From Octopus vulgaris (Eukaryota): 64,000 nucleotides of DNA. The stretch lies in NCBI GenBank assembly GCA_951406725.2, contig OX597815.1:191084001-191148000 (forward strand). The letters are read 5' to 3'. A program made the translations under genes and the position numbers. Under the pieces are notes generated by a model. The model ran no database searches and was not told where the DNA came from. It was given only the letters and a program-made list of their open reading frames with translations. Below, piece by piece: positions 1-12,180 of the stretch; position 1 is the stretch's first letter, and every line of letters begins with the position of its first letter.

Positions 1-814
1 GTAAATAAACCCAATCGGTTTCTTAAACGATGGACATTTTCATACGGCACAGAATGTTTTCACCTCAATAGACGTCATTGATTGGTTGAAATTGCAGAAA
101 TTGAAGAAAAAAAATAACAAATATCTTACAAACTTTAGAATTTTCTCAATAAAGCCAAGAGAAAAAGGTGTTTTATAAACACATTCTACCAGTATACGAA
201 GTTTAAAAGTGTTTAGTTACGTGGAAATTATTTTAAAAAACTGCCGTTCAAACCGAAAAGATCCCTAAGATGATCATATGCAAAATGTTTCATAATAAAT
301 AACATCCATAACGTGTGTAACTTGAGAATCAAGAACCACTTATAAAACAAGTTTCATTCTGACTTAATTGTTTTAATCATAAGTACTCCTCAACGTCACA
401 ACTTCTCAGCACCTTTCTGCCGTAAATCTCAGGAACTGTGATAGCTATTTCCGCAGAATTAAGTTAATTCCACTTGCATGTAGAAATTGTTGCTTAAGCC
501 AATCGGAAAAGCATGAATGTCACAATATTATATTTCTCATTCTCAAAATAATTTAGCGTAGCCACTGAAAATCGTATTTATTAATATCACTTCTTCAAAA
601 TGTATTTCTAAAAAGCATTGACAGAACGACGTAAGCATTACTATTATTCATTGAAACTTTGACAAGGAACCCTTCTACGCATCACGTTACCAGAAAGTGT
701 GGCATGAAAGAATTTCTGAAAATGAATTCTTTGGTTTTGTTAAAACTGTGGCTCAAATCGTTATAAAAACAGTGTTACATTTATACCTTATAAATAACCG
801 CAAGTTTGATATCA

Positions 815-1130
815 GACAAGGCCAGCAATTTAGGGGAAAAGGGTAAGTTATTGGTACTTATTTTATCGACTCCAAAATGATGAAAGGCAAAGTCGACTTT
901 AGCAGAATTTGAACTCAGAACGTACTATAAGCATAAGGCCTAAAATTTGGGGGAGGGGGATAGCCTACTACATCGACCCCAGTACTCGGCTGGTACTTAT
1001 TTCATCGACCCAGAAAGAATGAAAGGCAAAGACGACCTCGGCGAAATTTGAACCCAGATCGTAAAGACGGACGAAATGTTGCTAAGCATCTCGCCCGCCG
1101 TGCTAACGATTCTGCCAGCTCGCCGCCTTA
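815..1130 (-). mobile_element. Family B SINE (Meta-domain-like), partial plus full copy
   Basis: Reverse complement of aaggcggcgagctggcagaatcgttagcac...gttctg(a/g)gttcaaatt...gcctttcatcctt..gggtcgat..aataagtaccag. The same sequence recurs more than 20 times in the window. Confidence 0.85.
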
Positions 1131-2069
1131 ATAAAGGAAATGAATGAATGAATTTAGAAAAATATTATAACCGCTTTATATTTTTTTACTACACGTGTTT
1201 CTTAAAAATGTTGAATGGGCTTATCTACATACCTTCATTAATAATGCTTACTTTTAAATGAAAATTTGCTGAGATACGTTTTCAGAAATGTTCTTTGCAA
1301 TTACACCTGAATACATCTCAATCAACAACTTCCTACTTGAATGGGCCATGTTACCACAAACCTTGACTTAAAAATGACTTAACCGGTCCTATCTGGTGGT
1401 GCTATTAAGTTAAACATGACCTGGACCAATCTTTGACCGAAACGTATCCAAATTATACAAGCTATTATCAAAATATTAAGATGTTGACGACCTTAAAATG
1501 AGTCGGCACCTCCGAATGCGATGCTGACCCTAGAACGGAACACTTTGCTTAATTCGGGCGGATGTATACAAAATAGCGTGAATTCTTTTACTTCGTTGAC
1601 CACTGCTATTTAAAATGTTTCTACCGCCATACATTTTTAGTGACTCGGAAATACGTAGTGACAAACTACAAGACTTGAAATTCACTCTCACGCCCTTTTA
1701 CATCATTTTATAGAATTTTCTTCTCTCTTTAACTTAAAAAGCTCTTGGTTTTCCTATCCCACTTACTATTAATTTTTTTTTATTTCCCGTTGCACACTTT
1801 TTCTTCTCATTGACTTTTGAACAGAATAATCATTACTTTATCTTCATTGCACAACACTATGAGCATCTCTCTCACGCACACACACATACACACATTTTTT
1901 TAAAGTTTGTAGGCATGGAAAACTTTATCTAATTCGAACGATAACGACAACATAAAACGGATTTTTTTTTTTCTGTCATCACTTATAAACTGATTATACG
2001 GGTTTTAACTACCTGACCACATTTTTTTCAGTGCCATATATTTAGAGAAATTATTGAAAATTATAAATT

Positions 2070-2292
2070 AAGAAGCATGTAAGAGTTGCCGAGACATTGC
2101 ATCCTTTAAAACCTCCATTCACCAACACTACACCTGATATCCACCTCCTCCATTAGCATCCACACATGTACATCATGACTCTTACACTGTTCACTTTCCT
2201 GACTTTTGTACATAATTCTATGTACTGTACATACACCTTTGATGAGTTGCAGTGCATCTGAGCACTATACACAATAATTTCATTTTATTAAT
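2070..2292 (+). mobile_element. CR1-type LINE 3' end fragment
   Basis: Homologous to the 3' end and 3'UTR of the CR1 fragment at 31249-31670 (gcatccttyaaaacytccat...acactgttcactttcc...tgagcact.tacacaataatttcatt). Confidence 0.7.
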
Positions 2293-2296
2293 ATTA

Positions 2297-2684
2297 TCTT
2301 TATATATAAAAGAGAAGTTGTGTGTCTGTCTCCTACGATTTAGATTCCTAACTACTCCCACATTTTGCGGTGCAGTTTAACCAAAACCGGGTATCTTATA
2401 GTCGTGATTCATATCGAGTCCTTCTGGGTATTAGCGCGCGTCTACGATGAGTCTACGATTTTAAAAGAAATTTACCATCATTTTTTTCCATTTTAATGCA
2501 TTTTTTTCGCTATTATATACGGGAAGTAACTCTCTAAAAATGTCAACGATGAGTCAATGATTTAAAAAAAAATTTACCATCATTTTTTTCCCATTTTTTT
2601 GCTATTTTTTGGCTATAACTCTCTAAAAATGCTTATATAGTTATTTCCCTTACAAACCCGAGCAACGCCGGGCGATACTGTTAG
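2297..2684 (+). mobile_element. Non-autonomous Helitron
   Basis: 5' TC(tttatatataaaa) follows an A; subterminal hairpin cccgagcaacgccggg; 3' end ttag (CTAG variant) before a T; no TSD. The ends are shared with 17112-17494. Confidence 0.75.
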
Positions 2685-2785
2685 TTATAAATAAATATTT
2701 CCAGTTGTTTTCATGCAAAATTAAACAACCTGGTAATTTTGTACAAAACTGATGGCAAACAGCTAATGTCTTTATAACATGGTTC

Positions 2786-3005
2786 ATCATCACCATCATC
2801 ATCATCATTTAATGTCCATTTTCCATGCTGGCATGGGTTGGATAGTTTGACTGGCGTTGGCCAGCCGGAGAGCTGCACAGGGTTTCAACTAGATGCCCTT
2901 CCTAACATCAACCACATTACATGTGGCACCAGCAGGGATGTCTCACCTGTGGAACCGGCAGGGATGCGTTTTACATAGCATTAGCACAGGTGCTTTTTAC
3001 ATGCT
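2786..3005 (-). mobile_element. Family C SINE (RTE-type 3' tail, (GAT)n end), decayed
   Basis: (cat)n-tttaatgtccattttccatgctggcatgggttgga...gatgcccttcctaa motif. Confidence 0.75.
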
Positions 3006-3117
3006 TTAATACGACAGGCAGAAACAAGGAAAATGGCCCTTGTATTTGAATACTATGCAAATATTCTATTAAAAAACTTTTCTTTTAATTTTTCCAAAAT
3101 TTAATTGTTTTCCATAC

Positions 3118-3159
3118 TTACAGTTGAAAAAGTCTCAATGACTGAAACCGGTACTAAAA
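3118..3159 (+). ncRNA. Minimal hammerhead ribozyme motif, U3-A8 core variant (Penelope-like LTR remnant)
   Basis: TTGAAAA (3124-3130), stem II agtc/tcaat/gact, GAAA, palindromic stem III ACCGGT, cleavage triplet GUA. Stem I is weak (ag/ct plus two distal pairs). Confidence 0.6.
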
Positions 3160-3217
3160 TATTTTTTATGATAATATTATTTCAGTATTTTCTACCTTGA
3201 CTTATTTTCCTTATATT

Positions 3218-3435
3218 GTGTGTGCTTGTGTTTGTGTGTCTGTGTTGGTCCCCCCAATATCACTTGACAACCAATGCTGGTGTGTTTAGTCTCATAACTT
3301 AGCAGTTCAGCAAATGAGACCGATAGAATAAGTTATAGGCTTACAAAGAATAACTCCTGGGGTCGATTTGCGCGACTAAAGGCCGTGCTCCAGCATGGCC
3401 ACAGTCAAATGACTGAAACAAATAAAAGAATGAAA
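3218..3435 (+). mobile_element. Family A SINE, 3' half
   Basis: gcttacaaagaataa.tcctggggtcgattt...ctccagcatggccacagtcaaatgactgaaaca. Confidence 0.85.
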
Positions 3436-4191
3436 GAATAGAATATAGGTATATGTACGTGCCACAAACTGTTTCTTTGCATTTATGTTGCCTTTATGGC
3501 AAATAAAAATTCATCATTGTAATAATTATTCAGTGAATGCTATTTGTTCTACCAACGAAATTGGTAGAGCATCTACCAAAAATGCCTTGCAATATTTAAT
3601 TTCGACTGTTCTTTTCATTCTGAGTCCAAATCTCATATGAATTCACCTTGCCTTATCTGTAAGTTGATAAATGAAGTGCTCGTCAAGTACTGGTGATGAA
3701 TCAATCAATCAGCTACACTTATTCTCTACAATTATTTCTTTTTTACTGTGTTCTTCTGGTGGAGGGGGTCATTTTATTGTTCATTGAGTAACTGCAATTA
3801 CTTACTATAGCAGTAAGCTTTATCTCATCAATTATCGCACACAGATTATGCCTATGATGATAATAATAATCAGAAGAAGAAGAAGAAGAATGGTGGTGGT
3901 TTAAATAGGTTATATTATTTTGGCGATTGACACATTTACAGCACTCCACACTAGCACATGTGTACCACACCATTCACTCGCTACTCTGATGTGATAATGT
4001 CTTGATTAGGTGAAAGTATTAGATTGTTACGTCAGCATCTAAGAATATTTTAATCTTTACGGCCATAGGTAATACTTGAAACCCAGTTATTGACTTGAGA
4101 TATTTCACTTTCAACCCTACTGATTGTTAATAGCTGAATGAAACCACCTATCAAGAGAGTCTCTCATGGGATTACTTGACATGCTAGAAAG

Positions 4192-4475
4192 CATCATCAT
4201 CATCATCACCATCATCATTTAACGTCCGTTGTCCATGCTGGCATGGGTTGGATGGTTTGACTGGGGTGGCCCTCTGGAAAGCTGCACCAGACTCCAGTCT
4301 GATTTGGCATGGTTTTCAACAGCTGGACGCCCTTCCTAATGCCAACCACTCAAAAAGTATAATGGGTGCTTTTACATGCCACCCGACATGGGTGCTATTT
4401 GTGTGACACCAGGGTGTGTTTACGGGCCACGGGCACAGGTACCAATTTGCATGACACTTGTATTTGCCACGACTG
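4192..4475 (-). mobile_element. Family C SINE
   Basis: (cat)n tail followed by ccatgctggcatgggttgga...cagctggacgcccttcctaatgccaaccact. Confidence 0.8.
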
Positions 4476-4837
4476 CATAAATAAAATTATGCCAACATAT
4501 TGTCCTGGTTTTTGGAGAAAGCTAATTGCAACATTAGTTATTTTTTAAATATTGGTTTCAAATTTTAGCACAAAACCAACAATTTCAAGGAAAGACGCTA
4601 AGTCTATTACATTGACCCCAGAGCTCAACACCCAAAAGGATGAAAAGGAAAATTGATCTCAGAGGAATTTGAACTCAAAATGTAAAAATGGATGAAATAC
4701 TGCTAAGCATTTTCCCCAGCGTGCTAAGAGCTCTTTCAGTTCACCACCTTTTTTTTTTAATATTAATGCAAGTCTTTAGAGTACAAGCGAGAAAAATATA
4801 GTTTCATTAATAGACCACATTATATGCCAGGTACTTT

Positions 4838-5233
4838 AGCTCTCTTTTACTTGTTTCATTCATTTGACTGTGGCCATGCTGGAGCACTGCCTTTAGTCGA
4901 GCAAATCGACCCCAGGACTTATTCTTTGTAAGCCTAGTACTTATTCTATCAGTCTCTTTTGCCGAACCGCTAAGTTACGGGGACATAAACACACCAGCAT
5001 CAGTTGTCAAGCAATGTTGGGGGGACAAACACAGACACACAAACACACACATATATATATATAAAAATACATATATATGATGGGCTTCTTTCAGTTTCCC
5101 TCTATCAAATCCACTCACAAGGCTTTGGTCAGCCAAGGCTACAGAAGTAGACACTTGCCCAAAGTGCCATGCAGTGGGACAACTCAGAACCATGTAGTTG
5201 GTAAGCAAGCTACTTACCACACAGCCACTCCTG
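4838..5233 (-). mobile_element. Family A tRNA-derived SINE, full length
   Basis: Head caggagtggctgtgtggtaagtagcttgcttaccaac, internal (TA/CA)n tract, conserved tail ...tgactgaaacaagtaaaagag. Confidence 0.9.
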
Positions 5234-5579
5234 TGGAGAAATATAAGGTAAAATTGACCTTATCATTGTACCTCAGAATAGAAAGAGACAAAATTACATA
5301 CATTAAGGAGTTTGTTTTTTGTGGTCCAGTAGCCTAGAAATTGCTCTTCTGTGTGGTTACTCAACTTGTTAGAAATAGCAGCCAAAAAGGTGTTGTTGGA
5401 TATCACTCACAACATCTCATATTCTCATATAACTTGAGAAGAATTGAACATAGGGCTAGTTACCTGTTCTCAGACAAAATGTAATATGCTATTGGAACTA
5501 TCCAAAAATGGTTCAATTTGCAGTATGGTATGGATTGGAAATGAAAACAATGCTATGTGCCGTGTACTAAAGGATTATT

Positions 5580-5961
5580 GTTTGCACTCCGTCGCTTACG
5601 ATGACGAGGGTTCCAGTTGATCTGATCAAAGGAACAGCCTGCTTGTGAAATTATCGTGCAAGTGTCTGAGCACTCCACAGACACGTGTACTCTTAACGTA
5701 GTTCTCGGGGATATTCAGCGTGACACAGTGTGACAAGGCTGGCCCTTTGAATTACAGACACAACAGAAAAAGGAAATAAGAGTGAGAGAAAGTTGTGGTG
5801 AAAGAGTACAGCAGGGTTCACCACCATCCCCTGCCGGAACCTCGTGGAGCTTTAGGTGTTTTTGCTCACTAAACACTCACAACACTCGGTCTGGGAATCG
5901 AAACCACGATCCTATGACCGCCAGTCCACTGCCCTAATAACTGGGCCATTGCGCCTCCACG
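5580..5961 (-). mobile_element. Family D tRNA-derived SINE (octopus OR-like) with 11-bp TSD
   Basis: Head gtggaggcgcaatggcccag...ggtttcgattccc with A and B boxes. TSD aaaggattatt at 5569-5579 and 5962-5972. Confidence 0.9.
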
Positions 5962-7124
5962 AAAGGATTATTAAGAAACCTCTTTAACCGTTTTGTTACT
6001 CTACTTCTATAGAAATGCACTGTCTTTGTTTCAATTAATTTGGACAACAGTGAGGAATTTAGTTAAATAACTTTGTCATAATCATTAAGCATGCTGGACA
6101 AAATGATTACCAGCATTTCTGCTGGCTTTATGTCCAAATTCTACTAAAGCCTTTTATCCTTTTGGGGTCAATGGAAAAAAAGTGCCTCTAAAGTACTCGG
6201 AATGATATAATGTCCCCCTCCCCTCAAAATTGCTGGCCATGTGCCAAAATTTAAAACCCTTACTAATCTGGTATTTGTAACATAAATTAACCTAAAATTT
6301 TAATGGAAGATTTTAATTTAGAACACTTTAAAACAGGAAGTTTGTATCATACAATTAGGGACAATCTTGGACAGGTTTGGTACCAAAAGCTGTTAAGAAG
6401 AGAAAATTTACCACAAAATATAAATGTTTTGCTAAGTATACATATTTAAAGAATTTAAAACCCGTTTACCAAATAATGTTTAACTTGTTATGACATGGTA
6501 AGACTCAAAACATTTCTACATGCTTTTACTTGTAAACATTACATTTTTCACTACATCATGCCCCAAAATATATAAGATATCGTCCAGATCATATTTCTTA
6601 TCAGTTGATTTGCAAGTATTTTTTTTTTTATCTATGGACCCCTTTGATTACTATTTTATTCGGGTGAACCCCCATAGCCATTCCATGTTTAAAAACTGGT
6701 TTGATAAAAACTTCTTTTAAAATTCCTATTTAGTTTTTCACCCATTCACTCATATAGGTTTGTGATAGAACTCTCTGAAAGAACCTGTTTCTGTGACCAG
6801 AAACATGTTAAACTATGTAAAATGTGAGACAAAGAAACCTTGCTGTTTCTTACAATAAATATGTCTGAAACAAAATTTTTTTCATGGTCCCTTAAAATAC
6901 TACTGTGAAGCCCCAATTTACTATTTTGCTTACATGGACCTCTTGCATCATCATATTACATCTGTTCTCCATGCTTGCATGAATTGGAAGGGTCTTCTCC
7001 AGCACTATCACCCCCAGTTGTTTTGGTCCTCTGGCATCTCTTTTGTGAGGTTCAGCCAAACTCTCTGATCTCTTTTATCATTACGAGCCTTTTATGCAAA
7101 TCTTTTTATGTCTAGCTTTATCAT

Positions 7125-7522
7125 ACTCTTTTACTCTTTTCAGTCATTTGACTGTGGCCATGCTGGAGCACCGCTTTGAGTCGAGCAAATCGACCCCAGG
7201 ACTTATTCTTTATAAGCCTAGTACTTATTCTATCGGTCTCTTTTGCCGAACCGCTAAGTTACAGGGACGTAAACACACCAGCATCGGTTGTCAAGCGATG
7301 TTGGGGGGACAAACACAAACACACAAACATATACACACACATACATATATATATACTACGGGCTTCTTTCAGTTTCTGTCTACCAAATCCACTCACAAGG
7401 CTTTGTTCAGCTCAAGGCTATAGTAGAAGACAAGGCTATAGTAGAAGACACGCAATGGGACTGAACCCGGAACCTTGTGGTTCGTAAGCAAGCTAGTTAA
7501 CACACAGCCACTCCTATGCCTA
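7125..7522 (-). mobile_element. Family A SINE, full length
   Basis: Collinear with 4838-5233; small internal duplication of caaggctatagtagaagaca. Confidence 0.9.
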
Positions 7523-8326
7523 TATTATATTATATTAAGTTGTAAGAGACTACCTTTTTCTCCCATAAGAGAGAATTTCCTCCATGGTGACTGCAGTGAA
7601 TTTGCCTTTAGAAGTTAAAATATGTCACAAACATCTTTTAACTGTCCTAAATTTCGATTATACTTATAGATCCAGTATTTATGTTATAATTTTATTCTAA
7701 GGGTTACAAATGAAATATCTAAGTATCATTTGAGCCACTAGAAATAGCAGCTAAATCTCCATTATCTTGTACAACTTTAAATAATGAAGAACTCATCAGA
7801 TAATGTAGTCTCAGTTACAATATATGAAAAATGATATAGGCTGGTCATGGCTGTACTGTCTTTCACCATAAATCTGCTCAATCAGAACTCGTCTAAGGAT
7901 AAATAACTCTTAAATTCTGAAAGTTAAACAAATCATTTCTTTAGGAGTTATATAATAAATATTTTCGCTTGTAATTGTCACACAAATCATACTGAACATG
8001 TCATTATTTTAACGGCCTATCAAAACATGTATGCGTTGTTGTAAAAAATGGCTGAGTACATCTGTGCACATGTATAAAGTTTTAAGAAAGAAAGCATTTT
8101 CTGTGGGTTTTTTTTTTTTTTTTTTGAATAAAGCAAATTCATTGCCAGACCAAAACTTCTTAACCTTTTTGGTACTCACCCATCTGAAACCACCTCCAGG
8201 TTTATGATTTTAAAGTGATTTTAATTAAAACCTTCCATCAATATATATAAATTTATGTTCCAAACATCAGCTAAACAATGACTTTTGTTTTTCACCAAAT
8301 GTGATCAATAATAATAATAATAATAA

Positions 8327-8798
8327 TTATCGTTTAACGTCTGCTTTCCATGCTAGCATGGGTTGGACGATTTGACTGAGGTCTGGTGAACCAGATGGCT
8401 GCACTACGCTCCAATCTGATCTGGCAGAGTTTCTACAGCTGGATGCTCTTCCTAACGCCAACCACTCTGAGAGTGTAGTGGGTGCTTTTACTTGCCACCA
8501 GCATGAGGGCCAGTCAGGCAGTACTAGCAACGGCCACGCTCAAATGGTGCTTTTTATGTGCCACCTGCACAGAAACCAGTCCAGCGGCACTGGTAACAAC
8601 CTCACACAAATGTTTCTTACATATGACACCAGCACAAGTGCTAGTAAGGCGACGCAGATAACGATCACTCTTGAATGGTGTTTTTATGTGCCATCGGCAT
8701 GGAGGCCAGCTTGTTGCTCTGGCAACGATCTCACTTGTATGGTACTCTTAGTGCTCAACTAGCACGGATGCCAGCCATCGAATTTGATTTCTATTCCG

Positions 8799-8800
<2 letters not shown>
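8327..8800 (-). mobile_element. Family C SINE, long form with internal subrepeats
   Basis: Family C tail plus repeated tgccaccggca/ctggcaacga units; same structure as 35928-36500. Confidence 0.85.
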
Positions 8801-8830
<30 letters not shown>

Positions 8831-9462
8831 AATAATAATCCTTTCTACTAAAGGCACAAGGCTTGAAATTTGAGGGGAGAGGGCTAATTGATTACATTGA
8901 CCCCAGTGCTTGACTGGTACTTATTTTATCGATTTTGAAAGGATGAAAGGCAAAGTCAACCCCAGCAGAATTTGAACTCAGAATGTAAAGATGAAATGCT
9001 GCCAGGTGTATTGTCTGACATACAAATGGTTCAACCAGCTCCATCTTTATAATAACAGCAACAATAATAATAATAATAATAGTTTCAAATTTTACCACAA
9101 AGGCAACAGTTTTGGGGGAGGGGATGAGTTGATTACATCAACCCCAGTGCTCAACCAGTACTTATTTTATCAACCCCGAAAGGATGAAAAGCAATGTAAA
9201 CCTTGATGGAATTCACCCAGCACACTAATGATTCTGCCAGCTCGCCGCCTTAATAATAATAATAATCCTTTCTACTAAAGGCACAAGGCATGAAATTTAG
9301 GGGGAGGGGACTAATCGATTACATCGACCCCAGTTTTTCACTGGTACTTTATCGACCCTGAAATGATGAAAGCAAAGTTGACCTTGGTGGAATTTGAACT
9401 CAGAACATAGCAGCAGACAAGCATTTCGCCCAATGTGCTCACGATTCTGCCAGCTCATCACC

Positions 9463-9499
<37 letters not shown>

Positions 9500-9931
9500 T
9501 AAATAGCTGTCATTTGCTGTCCATTTTGTGGTTAAGATTGAGATTATATAATGTCTTAGAATGAAAGATTGAAAGAACCACTAATAAAGATTTGTACGAA
9601 AGTCATTATCTTCCTGCATTCAATTAACTCATTCTTCAAGATCAATTTACTTCTTTCTGACAAATATTCTGTTTCAAATCAGGCATCTTGAATTATCTTT
9701 TCATTGGTATTATCGTTAACAGCCAAATGTATTTAGCACTAATGTAAGTATTAATGTGAGTATATATTTATATATTTACATTATTTACATTTGACAGATA
9801 TTTGTCCTCATCTTGTTTGTTGTTAACATGATTCAGATGATATTCCCTCCAGCCTTCATCAGGTGTCTTGGGGAAATTTCGAACCTGGGTTCTAATTCCT
9901 AAGATATTTTTTCAATGTTATTATTATTATA

Positions 9932-9977
<46 letters not shown>

Positions 9978-10390
9978 CTGGAATCGAACTCAGAATCTTG
10001 GGGTTGGCTGCACTACGCTCCAATCTGATCTGGCAGAGTTTCTACAGCTGGATGCCTTCCTAACGCCAACCACTCTGAGAGTGTGTGGGCATATGCCACC
10101 AGCATGAGGGCCAGTCAGGCAGCTAGCAACGGCCACGCTCAACATGGTCCAAGTTTTATTGCCACCTGCACAGGAACCTGCACTGGTAACGACCTCACAC
10201 AAATCTTACAAAAAAACACCAGGGCACAAGTGCTAGTAAGGCGACGCAGATAACGATCACTCTTGAATGGTGTTTTTACGTGCCATCGGCATGGAGGCCA
10301 GCTTGTTGCTCTGGCAACGATCTCACTTGTATGGTACTCTTAGCGCTCAACTAGCACGGATGCCAGCCATCGAATTTGATTTCTATTCCG

Positions 10391-10434
<44 letters not shown>

Positions 10435-11036
10435 AAGGCACAAGACTTGAAATTTGGGGGAAGGGGGCTAATTGATTACATTGACCCCAGTGCTTGACTG
10501 GTACTTATTTTATCGATTTTAAAAGGATGAAAGGCAAAGTCAACCTCAGCAGAATTTGAACTCAGAACGTAAAGATGAAATGCTGCCAGGTGTATTGTCT
10601 GACATACAAATGGTTCAACCAGTTCCATCTTTATAATAACAACAACAATAATAATAATAATAGTTTCAAATTTTCCCCAACAGTTTGGGGGGAGGGGATG
10701 AGTCGATTACATCAACCCCAGTGCTCAACTAGTACTTATTTTATCAACCCCGAAAGGATGAAAAGCAATGTAAACCTTGATGGAATTCACCCAGCATGCT
10801 AATGATTCTGCCAGCTCGCCGCCTTAATAATAATAATAATCCTTTCTACTAAAGGCACAAGGCATGAAATTTAGGGGGAGGGGACTAATCGATTACATCG
10901 ACCCCAGTTTTTCACTGGTACTTTATCGACCCTGAAATGATGAAAGCAAAGTTGACCTTGGTGGAATTTGAACTCAGAACATAGCAGCAGACAAGCATTT
11001 CGCCCAATGTGCTCACGATTCTGCCAGCTCATCACC

Positions 11037-11070
<34 letters not shown>

Positions 11071-11503
11071 TAAATAGCTGTCATTTGCTGTCCATTTTGT
11101 GGTTAAGATTGAGATTATATAATGTCTTAGAATGAAAGATTGAAAGAACCACTAATAAAGATTTGTACGAAAGTCATTATCTTCCTGCATTCAATTAACT
11201 CATTCTTCAAGATCAATTTACTTCTTTCTGACAAATATTCTGTTTCAAATCAGGCATCTTGAATTATCTTTTCATTGGTATTATCGTTAACAGCCAAATG
11301 TATTTGGCATTAATATAAGTATTAATGTGAGTATATATTTATATATTTACATTATTTACATTTGACGGATATTTGTCCTCATCTTGTTTGTTGTTAACAT
11401 GATTCAGATGATATCCCTCCAGCCTTCATCAGGTGTCTTGGGGAAATTTCGAACCTGGGTTCTAATTCCCTAAGATATTTTTTCAATGTTATTATTATTA
11501 TTA

Positions 11504-11545
<42 letters not shown>
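8396..11545. repeat. ~1.6 kb near-identical tandem duplication (8396-9976 vs 10005-11545)
   Basis: SINEs and unique sequence (gataaatagctgtcatttgctg...taagatattttttcaatg) are repeated at an offset of 1609 falling to 1571. Confidence 0.95.
8838..9465 (-). mobile_element. Three tandem family B SINE copies separated by (AAT)n
   Basis: Repeated cctttctactaaaggcacaagg...gaccccagt...gatgaaa.gcaaagt...ctgccagctc blocks; duplicated at ~10435-11040. Confidence 0.85.
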
Positions 11546-11552
<7 letters not shown>

Positions 11553-11828
11553 TCACTGTCTGGAATCGAACTCAGAATCTTGGGTTAGTAGCCCACACTC
11601 TTAACCACTACGCCATATGCCTGTGGGCATATGGCATAGTGGTTAAGAGCGCGGGCTACTAACCCCAACATTCCAAGTTCGATTCCAGACAGTGACCTGA
11701 ATAATAATCATAACATCAAAAAAAAAAAATACCTTAGGAATGAGAACCAGGGTTCGAAAGTTCCCCAAGACACCTGATGAAGGCTGGAAGGTATATCAGC
11801 TGAAATGTTGTGTTAACAACAAACAAGA
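11382..11828. mobile_element. Palindromic element: head-to-head tRNA-like heads, each arm ending in a Penelope-type hammerhead-bearing tail
   Basis: Centre gccatatgcc-tgtg-ggcatatggc at ~11622; arms are reverse complements. A box TGGCATAGTGG and B box GTTCGATTCC. CTGATGA...GAAA at 11774-11805. Confidence 0.85.
11769..11814 (+). ncRNA. Minimal hammerhead ribozyme motif, C3-G8 core
   Basis: Stem I gacac/gtgtt; CTGATGA; extra A; stem II ggctg/cagct; GAAA-tgtt, probably CpG-decayed from palindromic AACGTT. Confidence 0.65.
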
Positions 11829-11952
11829 AATACAAATCAACATAAAATTTTGATGGGAGGTTTTGATTTAGATTTATCTAAAACAGGAAGTTTGTAGTGT
11901 AGTACTAAAAGCAGTTTCAGATAGTTGGTGCCAAAAGGGTTAATTGCCTGAC

Positions 11953-12180
11953 TTAACCCTTTAGTGTTTAAACTGGCCATATCTGGCCCAAATATTCTAT
12001 ATGTTTTATATTCAAACTGGCGATATCTTGCCTCTCACACCTAACCTACGTTGACATTCTAAAAATAAACAATCACATCATTGAAACCTCAAAGCTATAA
12101 GATAATGCTTGATTAATCCAAAACAATTTGAGTAAAAAAATATTACATTTAACAGAGTAATCTGAATACTAAAGGATTAA
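11953..12180. mobile_element. piggyBac-type MITE (family 2)
   Basis: TTAA|ccctttag ... ctaaagga|TTAA; homologous to 51549-51762. Confidence 0.75.

Noticed and set aside
1-265. Possible DNA-transposon end (...aaaagatccc)
   Set aside because: The other end lies outside the window, so no TIR or TSD can be verified.
5556-5573. 17/18 match to the patch at 12187/13750
   Set aside because: Isolated short match with no flanking similarity; probably chance.
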